From the human T2T-CHM13v2.0 reference genome, Homo sapiens: 64,000 bases of DNA. Shown here piece by piece: positions 26,242 to 39,700 of this stretch. The notes beneath the pieces were generated by a model, which saw nothing but the letters and a program-made list of their open reading frames with translations, did not search any database and was not told the origin of the DNA. The number at the start of each line of letters is the position of its first letter. Position 1 is the stretch's first letter. The translations under genes were made by a program, and so were the position numbers. The stretch is taken from NCBI RefSeq assembly GCF_009914755.1, contig NC_060925.1; one strand, written 5' to 3'.

Positions 26242-28609
26242 AAATGATATTTATTTTAAATGCAGTTCCACAATAACAGCTCAGTAGCCTATTTCATACA
26301 TTCAGAGATGTACCAATTCTCTGTCCTTTAGGTGCTATGAATATAACATACCAAAGAGGTTTACTACAGAACATGCAACAATATAGAAACAGGATACAGC
26401 TAGGCTTACAGGCATCATTAGGCAAAGAGAATACTCAGATGTCATAGCTGGATGCAGATCCATTTCAGAATCCAGCCCTCAGTACCATCCTGGGGAGTGA
26501 TTGGCAGATACCTCACTGGACATTTTCTTCATGCTAGGGAGAGGGATGCCTTCAAATATCTTGAGCAATGCGTGGATCTTGAATACTACTAATTCATCAC
26601 CATTGGGAACCTATTTTAATATTTAAGTTAATTAGCAAAGCCTTTTGTATTAATTGATGATAAATATGGCTGACTCATAACTGCCTCTGAAGACACCTAT
26701 GAATTCATAAGTTAACAACTAGTCCTAGATTATGAATTGAAACACACACACACATCCATATTGTCTGCAAGTTCATAAATTACAGAGCTATATACAATAC
26801 ATATATACAATATAATAGTTATCAAACTTTTTTCTGGCCCTCTCAGCTTTTTTAACACTCACATCTTGAGCCTGGCTGTTTGGTTAATGAACGTTAGTGT
26901 TCAATTTGGGACCTGCTGTGGTTTACAACGTGATTTCAGAAAGCATACCCCCATTTATACCCCTCACCCAAAGTCTTCTGTATCTCTAGCCACAAAAACC
27001 CCCTAGGCAGTGCCAACCCTCAGTAGAGGAGGGGAGGCTAACAGAGGAGGGGAGGCTGGAGAGAGTAATACTTCCAATTATTTCCAGAATGTTGAAGAGT
27101 GAAGTAGATATGATTAAGTAGCAATGAGAAGTGGCATTGAACAACAACAACAAGAATTTCTGATTGAGTATAGTACAAATAATATGCAGAGGTTTTGGAT
27201 TGAGTTTTCTTTGTATTTGAAATCTGACTTCATCTTTTACTTTATATGGCCTAGTATATATTGCTTAACCTCTTTGAATCTTAGTTTTCTTACCTGTAAA
27301 ATGGGGATAATTTTTACTACATTACAACACATATGAAGTGCTTAGGTACTGCCTGAGCATATCTTACTTCGATAAATGGTATTAGTGGCAATGTTAGTAG
27401 TACTCTATTATTATTGTTGCTGTTGTCAATATTATTGTACATCCTAAGAACTATATGTGAATTTGTAAGAAATCATTGAGACCCATAAAGTGAATAAGGT
27501 TTTTAAGGAGCACATGGAATGAATTGGTATGTGAATTGGTTACCTATAAACACTAGACACTACTAGTAATTAGTATAAATGAGCAATTCTATGTGCACAG
27601 ATTGCTTATCACATATGGGTCTTTAAAACCCTACCTGTATTCTGGATTGTCTTCAGTAGTGCTGTTTCCATTCATAAAAGACAGCGAATGCAGATTTATA
27701 TGTGCATATAAAGTATAATATATTTTTCACATGGGTTTGACCCCAAAGAGAAGAATGCCAAAGGGGATCTTAAGAATCTGAATTATAATCCTAAAAGGAA
27801 ACAATTCATTATTTTCACAGTAAGTATTCTAGTGCAGCAGTTACTAATTTTAAGTTTTGTATAGACCAGATCTTTGTTGTAATCTAAAGTCTACCTCTTA
27901 CAGGCTGTGAAACCTCAGTTGTAACATCAATAAAATGGGAAGAACAAAAAAGTTGCTGTGAAGATAAAATGAGGTAATGCATGGAAAGCATTTAATATAG
28001 AAGCTGGCATAAAGTAAATGTTAACTATATCAACTTGACAGCTAAGTAGAAAAATAGAAAATCTCTCAAATGTGCCTCTGATATGTTAAACCTGATTTTA
28101 AAAAATATTGCTACATGGCATATTTGGGTCCATCAAAAAATTATTAATATTTTGGCTACCGGGAAAATTTTTGACTATGAACACACACTTTCAACAGGCA
28201 CAATGAAGGTTTGTGATTAATCTTAGATCACTGTGTAGGAGAAGCACAGTGCCATAATCTAAAGATGATCTCGATGGGAACTGAGCTAAAGACCATCTGA
28301 CCCCACTTAAACACAGCCTCCACCTTAGACTGTCGTGTCGCCATGAACCACAGCTTAATTTTTCTTCTCAGGCAGGTCCTGTCAACTGATTGTGGAAGGA
28401 AAATGAGAATTTCAGATGCCTGCTGAGATCTGTGGATGGAGTACTTTGTCCACAGGGCACTGAGCTCTGGCCAAACCAAAGACTTGTACTGCATAGATGT
28501 TCTTCAATCTCTATAGCTGGGAACTCTCTTCTTTTTGTAGTGCTTGCCCATTGTAGATGTTTAATAAGTTTGCATTACGTACAGGAGAAACTATGAAAGT
28601 CCCTTATAA

Positions 28610-28850
28610 ATATAACAACCATAATGATAAAAGGAAATGTGTTTGCTTTTCCACATACATTCCAGGCCCTGGGCTAAACACTCTTTTAATCCCCACAATG
28701 ACTATACAAAATAAGCACTATTATTTTCTTTGGTTTTACAGATGAAGACGCTGAGTCTTAAGAAATCAAATATCTGCTCACAGTTGCACATCTAACAGAC
28801 ATATGGATTCAGGCAATATGACTGCAGAGAGTAGATTGTTAACCTTTAAT
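28610..28850 (-). mobile_element. MIR SINE
   Basis: TTTTACAGATGAAGACGCTGAGTCTTAAGAAATCAAATATCTGCTCACAG. Confidence 0.7.
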
Positions 28851-29133
28851 CTATAGTACTTCTTTTTCGCAACTGTCCCTAACCATTAAGTTATAGGAGA
28901 ACACCAGCAACAAATCCTAGAGAAAGTTGCTGTTTTAGAACTGAACAAATGTGTTGCAAGGCCAAAGCCACTCTGTGCATTAAGGTCAAAGCATTGCTCA
29001 CCCTCGACGAATAATTAAGACAATCCTCTACTACCCTTAAAATTGGCTGGAAGCCTTTCACAGTCTCACGCCTATTTTACATTTTTGTCCCATCTCTCTC
29101 CACTAGCTCCTCACGCCTTTTCTCCAAGTCTAA

Positions 29134-29401
<268 letters not shown>

Positions 29402-30231
29402 GAACAAGCCTACTTTTACTCCTGTCAAGACTCTGCACTGTTCTTCCCACTGGCTAGAATACAGTCTTCTCCTTTTCTCTTATCAGTATTCCAGTGTTCT
29501 GCCTAGTATAAGCTGGACCTGGAAAGCCAACGGCCTGACTAGAGGATGAGTGATTCTCTCTGACAACCTAGCTTTGGTGTTTGCCCCTGACATTAGGGGC
29601 CCACATCCAGCCAATTACATTTCCCAGGATTTTACATCTTTTTGAAATAGCACATTTGTCAAGGAAGCAGGAGCAGAAAGCGTTTGGTGCATGCAAAGGT
29701 AGAAAAACTCCTGAATTTAAAAGCACTAAACTAGGAGTCAGGCTCCTAGACGCTGGGGTGTGACATCAGTCTGTTTTTGAGCATCTAAGTCCTGGCTAAA
29801 CAATTACTGCTATGCATTTGTCACAGTCGATATTGAAGATCCTATAGTTGGAGACTGTGAGAATAATAACATTTAAGGCTCATGCACATTTTCTTTACAA
29901 TTATTCATTGTTCATCTTGTGTGTCTGTCATCATGGAAGCTACAAAATACCATGTAGATGGCACCTACCGAGCAATAACACTTTGAACAAATGGCCTAAA
30001 AGTAGCTGAGAAAAGAAGGACAAGAAAAGATAGAACAATAACGTATCCTGGAAGCCAGATTCTCATTGCATGTATGTATGTTTAAACATTTACAATTAAG
30101 AATGGCTTTAGCATTTCATGGGGGAAAATGAACAACAAAAGAAAAATGCAAACATATCTTTTAAGGTTGGCCTTTTCATTTCAACACACTGAATACTTTA
30201 TCATTTAGGAAAATCTCAAGAAGAGATTATT

Positions 30232-30492
30232 TAGTAATTTAATAACATTTAATAATATTTAAATAAATTGTAAATAAATTTATTTAACAATATTATTTTG
30301 TTATTAGATTTTATTTTTAAAATTTAATAACAATATTATTTATTGTTATTAAAATCTATTTTATATAAATTTTATTTTATTTATTAAATTTTATTTATTA
30401 AATTTTATTAAAATTTATTGTTATATAAAAACAATATTATTTATTTTGTTATTAAAATTTATTTTAAAATAAATAATATTATTTAACAATAT
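30232..30492. repeat. AT-rich patchwork with internal inverted repeats
   Basis: Recurrent AACAATATTATTT and TTGTTATTAAAA units; 13-bp arms at 30323-30335 and 30341-30353. Confidence 0.85.
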
Positions 30493-30518
30493 ACGCTTTT
30501 AACTTCTCTCTCTCTCTG

Positions 30519-30823
30519 TTTTTTTTTTTTTTTTTTTTTTTGAGATAGGGTCTATCTCTGTCACTCAGGCTGGAGGACAGTGGCATGATCATAGCTCACT
30601 ATAATTTCAATCTCCTAGGCTCAAGAGATCCTCCCAACTCAGCCTCCCAAATAGCTGGGACTACAAGTGCAGGCCACCACACCTGGCTAATTAAAAAACA
30701 AAAATGTTGTAGAGATAGTATCTGTGTTGTCCAGGCTGGTCTCAAACTTCTGGCCTCAAGCTATCCTCCAGCCTTGGCTTCCCAAAGCACTGCGATTGCA
30801 GTTGTGACCTAACATGTGGGGCT
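30519..30823 (-). mobile_element. AluJ SINE
   Basis: Poly-T, GATCATAGCTCACT and GGCTCAAGAGATCCTCCC J-type motifs. Confidence 0.92.
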
Positions 30824-31149
30824 GATCTCTTTTTCAATTTTCCCACACTGATGACTGACAAGACAGGGCTTATCACCACCATCTTTTGTACTTTACAAAT
30901 GGGAAAAAAGAAATAGGGAGGATGAGTGATTCAGAACATTGAACCTTCAAATTATTTATCTTCTAATTTCAATGACGTTCTCCAAATTTCTCTCTGTGCT
31001 CTCCCATGTATCATTAGGCTTTAGAACTAATGCCTCAAAAATCTGGTCTTTATTATGAAAAAAATAGCCACTTGCCAACGGGTCTTATGTTGTGGAAACT
31101 CAGCCTCTGTAGTCAGAAAATTATTTTGCCTATTCTTCTCTCTCCCTCT

Positions 31150-32290
31150 CCCTTGTAAGTCTTTGTTCACAATCATCCTTCTTTATAAAAGGATAGCAGG
31201 CTTCAGAAGCCAGGGGGAGTAAAGAGTGAGAACATTCTCACTGGGTCTTGGCCTGCTTCCAGCTCCAAGAAGGGTATCATTTTCAGTGTCATGCTTCCAG
31301 TTTCCCTGGAAAGGTCTCACCTCTTTTCCCACACCCCAGCCCTCCCTAATCTTGCCAGCTTGTGTCTGAATTGTCTCTGTTCATCTCCACCTTTTCAAAA
31401 AACCTAGATGCTTATCTTAGCTATACCATTACAAGCTCCTCTTCTTATCTTTTCTAACTTTTGTCACTGATACGAACCCCTGTTGTCAGGGCTGATTATT
31501 GAGATTTTAATCTTTTTTCATCTATATATGCCTCTGTTTTCTGAATGAGAGAAAGCCTGGATACTGACTTTGAAGGACGGTACATATTTGCTCGTCTTAT
31601 TTCCTCCAAGGGACACAGAGGCAACATGTTTATGTTTACTATGATGTTATAATTCCAACAGGATTTGCATAACAGAATACACTTCACTATCATCACCTTA
31701 TATCAGACCCCCATTACCTTTTAGCCTGTATTATAACAATTGCCTCTTAACTAGCTTCCTTGTGTCTTTCCAAGCAGCGTTTCTCAGTAATGGCAAATAG
31801 AACTATCTTTCTCAAATGGAAATTCTCTTTCTCTTCTCTTGTTTAAAACCTCTCACTCAGAGTCTCCCAACAGTCTTCAGGACTAGAATCCACATGCTGT
31901 AGAATCAGCTCTCAAACCTTCCACCCTATGGCCCCTGGCTATCTCTTCGGCCTCCCTCCTCTCCTTTCATTCTTTTTGTCATCCATATTTCTTGCAACTT
32001 CCTAAACATGCCGGCCTCTCTTGTGACTCTAGAGTTTGGCACATGTTGTCTTACTGTTTAGGATGCCCTTACTTCTGCCTGGCCACTCAATTCTACAGGA
32101 CTTACTCAAGCATTATCATCTGTAATTACACAAACACCATGGACCTAGGAAAAGAATTCTTTGCCTAGGCTCCAACAGCACAATTTCCTGATAATTTTTT
32201 ATAGTCTGAGAACAAGTGTTCACATTATTCATTCTGTGCCTCAGTGCCTCGCACAAAGTGAATGATCAGCAAATAATAATTGAATGAACT
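31150..32290 (+). mobile_element. L2 LINE fragments
   Basis: L2 motifs through terminal GCACAAAGTGAATGATCAGCAAATAATAATTGAATGAA. Confidence 0.6.
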
Positions 32291-32479
32291 GTTGATATTC
32301 TATGCTCTGTATATGAACATGCACAATACTCCTTCTATAATCCCACCTGCTTAGAAATTGGTCTATTAGCGGTCAAGCAGGATACCACCAAAGTGAGAGG
32401 CAGAATTCCATCTCTTTGACTGACTCTTCAGGCTACTCCAGGCCACTGTCTGAGTCTCCATTTTAATCACATATTTTAA

Positions 32480-33900
32480 ACTATTTATTTATTGAGTTCC
32501 TACTAGGTGCTGGTACTGTTCTAGGTGCTAAGGGCAGTGATGAACAAAACAGGTAGAGTCTCTTTCTCCTGGAATTCAAATTGTATTTGGAGAGACAAAA
32601 GACAGACACACAAATCAATAGATACATGTAAATAAATATGCCCAAGTTGTAAGAGTTACAAAAAATGTAACAGGATAAAGAGGTTAAAGAAGCATGTGGG
32701 TAAAATTTTAATTAAGATGGTCAGTAGAGGCATTTCTGCTAAGGTGATATTTGAGCAGAGACCTAAAGGAAATAAAGGAATGAGCACATGCACTTTTTTA
32801 GGGATAGAGCATTCCAGGCAGAGGGAACAGTGAGGTCAAAGAGCCTGAGGGAAACCCATGCTTAATATAGCCACCAAAACAGCAAGGCTGCCTGGGATTG
32901 TAGCATAGTGAACAAGGGTCAGGTGGTAAAAGACAAGGTCAGAGAGTTGGCAGAGACCATGTCATGCAAGGCACGAAGCTCATGGTGAGGTATTTGCTTT
33001 TTACTGGGAGGGGAATCTAATTGGGGGATTTTGAGTAGATTTGTGGCATGATCTGACCACTTTTTAAAACTCTGACTCTTCTATAGAGTGGATACTCTTG
33101 CCGGGGGTGGTGGGCAACTGTAAATGCAAAGAGGCCAGTTAGGCACTGCTAGTGATATGGACTAGGGTGGTAGCAGGGAAAGCAGGGAAAAACAGTTCTA
33201 GATTTATTTTGAAGGTCTATTTCATAGCATGAAATTTTTGCTTAAGAATTGGATTTGAGATGTGTGAGAAATAGAACAATCAGGGGTGACTCAAAAATTT
33301 CATTTACTGAGAGCAGGAAAACTGTAAGAAGAGTGGACTTAGCATGGGTAGACAAGAAGCAAAGGATCGGAGTTAGATGTTAAAATGTATAGATAAAATA
33401 TAGATATTGATACAGATACAGTTACACGTGGATTACAGATAGAGATGCTACATCTATATCTGTAAGTGGAGATTTTGAGTCAGTAGTAAGATAAATAAGT
33501 TTGAGATGAAAATCCAGGAATCATCTAAATATGAGCGGATTTGCAACCATAGGAGTGGAAGGCATCACCAAGGGAATGAGTAGAGGCACAGAAGATGCAG
33601 GGCAGGAGCACATGTTTAGAGGCCAGGAGAAGCCGTCAGAAGACACTGAGAAAGAGAAACATCAATTACGAGCAAAACCAAGAGAAAATATTGTCTTGGA
33701 AACCAAGTGAAAAAGTAGGTTCAAAGAAAACATTATCAGTTGTTTCAAATGCTGCTAGTAGGCTGAATAAGATGAGGACTGTGATTACCCCAGAATCTGG
33801 TAATGTGCAGCTTATTGATGACCCTGACAAATGCAGCCTGAGGGAGTAGAGGGAACAAACCTGCTAGAAGCAAGTTTATGAGTGACTAGAGAGTAAATAG
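32480..33900 (-). mobile_element. L2a LINE 3' region
   Basis: TATTTATTGAGTTCCTACTAGGTGCTGGTACTGTTCTAGGTGCT...GAGCATTCCAGGCAGAGGGAACAG...TCAAATGCTGCTAGTAGG. Confidence 0.85.
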
Positions 33901-34292
33901 ACAAAGGAATATAGCCAATTCATATAATAAGGCTGTTGGGCTAAAAAATTTTTGAATTTCCTTTCATTTTTAATTTTTATTATTTAAAAAATCACATTGA
34001 TGTTATGTACGCCAATATTTGCATGTGTTGCCAATTCAGAGCATTTGAGTTCAACCTAATATTCTGAGTACTGAATTACAAGGAACGCACTTTATTTTTC
34101 CTTTGAGAATTCAGAAGGCACTTTAACTTTTTTGGAGGCTCAGGGACACTTTTAGTCTTATCAGTTATCATTGTGCTGCAGAGCTGATTAAGTGTCAGTT
34201 AACAGAATTCTGGGTAACAGCTTATTGCATATATAGTCTCACCTTGTCTTTTGCTTCATCCTTTCCTGTGTCACATGGATCCTATCATTGAC

Positions 34293-34378
34293 TCATCCAT
34301 CTATTTATCCATCCATCCATCCATTCATCCATATATCCACCCATTTATCCATCCATCTATCCTTCACTTATTCATCAA
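34293..34378. repeat. Imperfect (TCCA)n microsatellite
   Basis: Directly visible. Confidence 0.85.
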
Positions 34379-34890
34379 GCATTGGAAATACTAGTATCTC
34401 AGAGCATTCTCTGTCTTTTTGCTGGAGACATAGATAGGGAGTCTCTCCTGACTCATAGAAGTCTCCCAAAGCAGGTTGCACAGAACAGGCCCTGGAGGTA
34501 AGCAGGTGCAGAGCTATTCAAAGAAGAGAAAATATATGAAGAAAATCTGAGGCATTGTAGTCAGAAGACTATTTTAGTCATAAACCCAGAGTGAACCTTA
34601 GGTTGAAACCATAAACATTGTGCTAAGCATCAGATTCAAAAAGAGGCTTTGGAGAAACTTAGTTGTACTGTCCATCCAGCCTGACTCAGCAAAAGAATTT
34701 AGGGTGAAGTCTTTATGTGAGGGGTGTTAACAGCCCACTTTTATGTTAGGAAAGTTTAAGAAAAAGATGCAGGACTGATAGCAAAAGGTAGTATGCGGTA
34801 CCAGAATAAAACATGACTAAGTAATGAAGACCTTTCTATGATAAAGATATGATTAAGACATAGAGGAACAAATGCTGTCTTTCCTTTTCC

Positions 34891-35254
<364 letters not shown>

Positions 35255-36767
35255 TGATACAATCCATGGTGATGAAATTCGGAATAAAAAACACATTTCC
35301 TTTTTAAAGCACATTATTGAGTTTAATCTAAATTAAACAACCCCTTTTCATTTAACTTCATTTTTAAGTTATATATCTAATTTTTTTCCCCAAAGACAGT
35401 TATTTTCCAGAAGTGACATTCTTGATACTTTCTCAATGGGTAGAAAACATTGCATTATATGATATTTTAAGTGCAACTTTCAGCACAGCAACATGGATGA
35501 GCACAATCAATTCAAGAAAGATAGCAAACTAGAAAAATGGTCTGCAATTTTTTTACTCTTTGGTACTTCAGCAGGTCAAGGGAAATAATAATTTGGCTTT
35601 ATGTGTAGGGGTTCAGAATCAAAGCCACTGAAGCAGAACGAAGCCAGGCAATCAGAAGGAGATGCCTGTGGCTCCTACAGGAAGAAACTTTCCCTGCCAA
35701 AGAAAGAGGATCCTGACACTCACACCTGCCCCTCTATCAGACACTTAAGACAACTGGAGCAGTGGAACAGATGTGCCTAGAGATATCAAATAGATGTACT
35801 TGATAGGGGGAGCATAGAGCAGGTTGGCTTCAAGTTTTTGAGGAAAATAAGTTGCTGCAATTAATGGAATTGAGAAGGCTCATTATGTGGGACACTCCTT
35901 AGAGGATGTGGATCTTCATGAGAGAATTCTCTGCCAGAGCCTTAAGGATTTTTACCTTGCTCAAGAAGATTCTAAGTCTTGAAATTGATTTCTCTTCTAA
36001 AATAGGTTAGGCTTTCCCTCTTGCCTTGAAAAAAGATGTTTCTAGTAGTTATAACAGAGAGAAAGAGAAAAAGACATTTGTCTTCAACTCCAGGGCCTGT
36101 TTCTGAATTAAAAAGGAGTAGCTATGTTTTACTGATGGATCTTAAGACTAATTACTAAAGGGTAAGATGGCCTAAACTCTAGAGTGTTTTCACTCTTCCC
36201 TGTGGCCAGAATCCAATAATGTAGATATATATACCAAAGGACAGGAATGTCAATCACTTTGAAAAAGACATGACCACCTACCAAGTGCACAGTCTGGAAA
36301 CATTCTCCCCTCTCTGGCATGATCCTATTGAGTGCAGAGTAGTATCCTTGAACCCAGCGTTTCATCTCAACATTGTAAAATAGCATTTCTGAGCTCAGTT
36401 ACCCTCAGCTAAAACACTCTGATAATTCCTACTGAGTTTACAGTGTGGTGAAAAGATGAAATAGCACCCACATAACTATAGTTAAACTGTAACTTGCTAT
36501 AAACTTTTATTAATCTAACTCTACTCTTGACCACTAAGTTGCTCAAGGGTAAGGATAATTATCACTGAATCCCCAGTACCTGGCATATTTTAAATATCAA
36601 ATAAATACTTCTTAAAGTGAAATGTGAAAAATTATTTGTATGATTACTCTTCTTCTTACACATTTTTTTTTTTTTGTGGTCCTATGTCCTCATGTCCCTG
36701 CTGGTTCCTAGTACCTGCTGAACTAGTCTATCTCTACCACCCCTAATCCCACAAATATTGTACTCTA

Positions 36768-37342
36768 GAGCTTGTGCTACCCAATCTGTTAGCCACTACC
36801 ACATGTACCTACAGAGCCCTTGAGATGCTGCTAGTGCAACTGAGAAACCAAATTTTTAACTTTAATTAAATTAAATTTTAAAACTGGCCCTACATTCAGT
36901 TATGGAGAACTTTTAAATGTATTTGAAACATCACAGATACATGCATCAACTTTTTCTCTACATATTATAAAAACTAAATGCAGATCAATTATTTCTGATG
37001 AAAATTTAGCATCCTAGTTATGCTATAATTCTAAAAAAAACATGAAAAAAGAATGTAAAAATTATAGTAATTAAACATTTTATAATGTAAAATCAATTTT
37101 GTAATGATTACATGTTAAAATGATATTAGTTTGAATATATTAGGTTAAAATATATTATTAAAATTAATTTCATCAACTCTCTTTTGCATATTAAAATATT
37201 AGTTTGAATATATTAGGTTAAAAATATATTAATAAAATTAATTTCATCAACTCTTTTTTGCATTTTGTTTACATTTCTAAATGTGGCTGCTAGAAAACTA
37301 AAAATTGCATATGTTTCTTATATTTTTATTGAACTTTGCTTC
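36768..37342. mobile_element. hAT-Charlie element (Charlie1b/MER33-like) with an internal ~73-bp tandem duplication (37111-37263)
   Basis: CCAATCTGTTAGCCACTACCACATGT start, AATGTGGCTGCTAGAAAA end; ATATTAGTTTGAATATATTAGGTTAAAA at 37123 and 37196. Confidence 0.75.
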
Positions 37343-37928
37343 TTAAGAGAATCTCCACTGATGGCTACCTTGTGCTCTTCTTTCAATCAATACCCTGAAC
37401 TTGAAACTCAATTTGAGACTATTTGAAGTAAGGACAATGATGATGATGATCACTGTAACAACAAAGATAGTGCCTTGAATTTATTACTTACATGGCATTC
37501 TAGAGTTTACAAAGCAATCTTACCTAGATCATTATATTAAACCTTACAATTCCCTGTGATGTACTATAAAATTTACTGAAGCTCAGAAGAGTCAAGAGAC
37601 TTATCCTGTTATTGTGCTCATTTTTGGCAGGGCTTTTATTGGAACCCACATGTCCTGGTCCTAAAGGGCCTTTTCTACCCATCTCACTAGTCTTTCACTT
37701 TTGTATTGTCTGTGATTTCATTGAAGATATGCCATGTTGCTTATAATAGTGTGTTAAGCTTAATTACATACACTTGTAAAACATCTGTTGAGATCAATCA
37801 TTGTACCATGCCAAATAGTGACCAATGATTAGAATTGATAGCTAGCCCATTATTGGATCATATTTGGAATGACTTCCCTTTTTCCCACAAATCAACAGCA
37901 ACAAAGTTCAAGTCCTAGCACTAAAATT

Positions 37929-38030
37929 TTTCATAACTCTCTGGAGTGAATCTTTCATAACTCTCTGGAGTGAATCTTTCATAACTCTCTGGAGTGAATC
38001 TTTCATAACTCTCTGGAGTGAATCTTTCAT
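37929..38030 (+). repeat. Perfect 24-bp minisatellite, 4.25 copies
   Basis: (TTTCATAACTCTCTGGAGTGAATC)4 followed by TTTCAT. Confidence 0.98.
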
Positions 38031-38999
38031 TCAAGTGCTGTCAGAGCACCTAAATGACGGAGAACAGGAATTTCCTCCAGCTTACATGGCCATACATTCA
38101 TCCTACATGGCCATAAGTGTAGCTGCCTGCTAGTGAATGATTGTCTGTGTTACAAAATTGAGTCTGAAACTTGTTTATGTGACTTGTTAATGTGTGGAAA
38201 TTGCTAAGGGAAGTACAAAGATGTAGAGTCTTCTTGAGAGCCTTTCTGTATCATCTTTAGAAATAATTTGATGACCATATTCTGTAGCCAGCATCTCACA
38301 AGCTGGCAAGAATGAAAAAGGAAAAGAATTGCTATAAAGTAGGGCAACATATGATCAAAGCAGATTCCTTTAACTTGTGTCCAAGACCTCCCATGTGTTG
38401 GGAGATTTCATCATCTCATTTAATTTAAACATAAAATAGTCTCTTAAGAGAGATATTATTACCATTTTATAACTAGAGGCCAAGAGTGGAAAGTAGTAAG
38501 GGGTTCAGTCTTACACCTATTGCTATGGTTTGATATCTTTATTTTTCCTTCTGTCTAGAAATCTACCATTATGGTTCACTGCAATAAACACTAGGCTTTG
38601 AATCAGAATTCAATCCAAAATAGAGGGACTATACTTAGGATTATCAACACTCAAGATTCAGAAAGATTCAGAATGCTTAAGATTTAAATTCAGGCACAAT
38701 ATTCAATCTCTATCCAACATCATTGTACACTTTTTTCATTCATTCATTTATTCATTCATTCAACAAATGGTTGCTGATTGCCATAACCTATGTTAAATTA
38801 TTGGATGTGATGAAGATAAATGAGATGCATCTGGAAAAGTACTTTATAAAACAACAAATACTTCAAAGTGTTTTTTCTATTTTTCACTAGTAATGATGGA
38901 ATAGTCTGTGGTCGAGTGCAGAAATACTATTACCTGTTCCTGGAGGCAAAGATTAAAGGAATAGACACCTTCCTCAGCCAGAATGACCCAGGCCAGGAG

Positions 39000-39700
39000 C
39001 CACAGTGTCAACTTGGAAAATTTCTCCTTCCTCATCTCCACATCATGTCTGCAGCCTTAACTGCTTGACACCTGACAACTACTCTTATCTCCATTGTGTT
39101 GTTTTGTTTTGTGTCATGATCTTTTTGAATGTGCAATTGTAATGATCTCTTAACTTGTTTATTGACCCCAAACTTCACCTGCTTTCCACACTGCTGCCAG
39201 AGTCAGGACCCCTTAGTGTGGGCTAAAAGGTGATGATTTGTATCTCTAGCTGCTGTAAACCCCACCCACTCACCCCTGCATTCCAGATACGCTCAGACAC
39301 TTTGCCAAACAAGTCAGATTGATTGAAATCTCCATGCCCTGATCATGTGTCTGCCTGTACTCAGAATGCCCTTTCTCTGGTTCTTCACCTAATGAGCTCT
39401 TACTGATCTTTCAAAAGTTATCTCATCAGCCACTTTTAGCTTTTATTTCCAAATCCGTTACCTCCAACACTTAGGTTAAATTGACCAACCTCTCATCCTT
39501 CTTTATTATCCTTAAATAAGTATAAAATATGATGTTACTATAGCACTACCAGTAAATACTTAGCTGCAGTTTTTAATTTACACAAGAGGCTCACCCTCCG
39601 AACTGTATGCTCCTTGGGATAGAGCACTGTGTGTTATTCATCCCTAATGCTTGGCATGAAGCAGGCACTCAGTTCATGTTTACTGAAAAAGTGAATTAAT
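39000..39700 (+). mobile_element. L2 LINE 3' region
   Basis: TCCACACTGCTGCCAGAGT...ACTGTATGCTCCTTGGGATAG...GGCACTCAGTTCATGTTTACTGAA. Confidence 0.7.

Noticed and set aside
37929-38030. Regular 24-bp repeats suggesting a CRISPR array
   Set aside because: Units are contiguous with no spacers, there are no cas genes, and the context is primate DNA.
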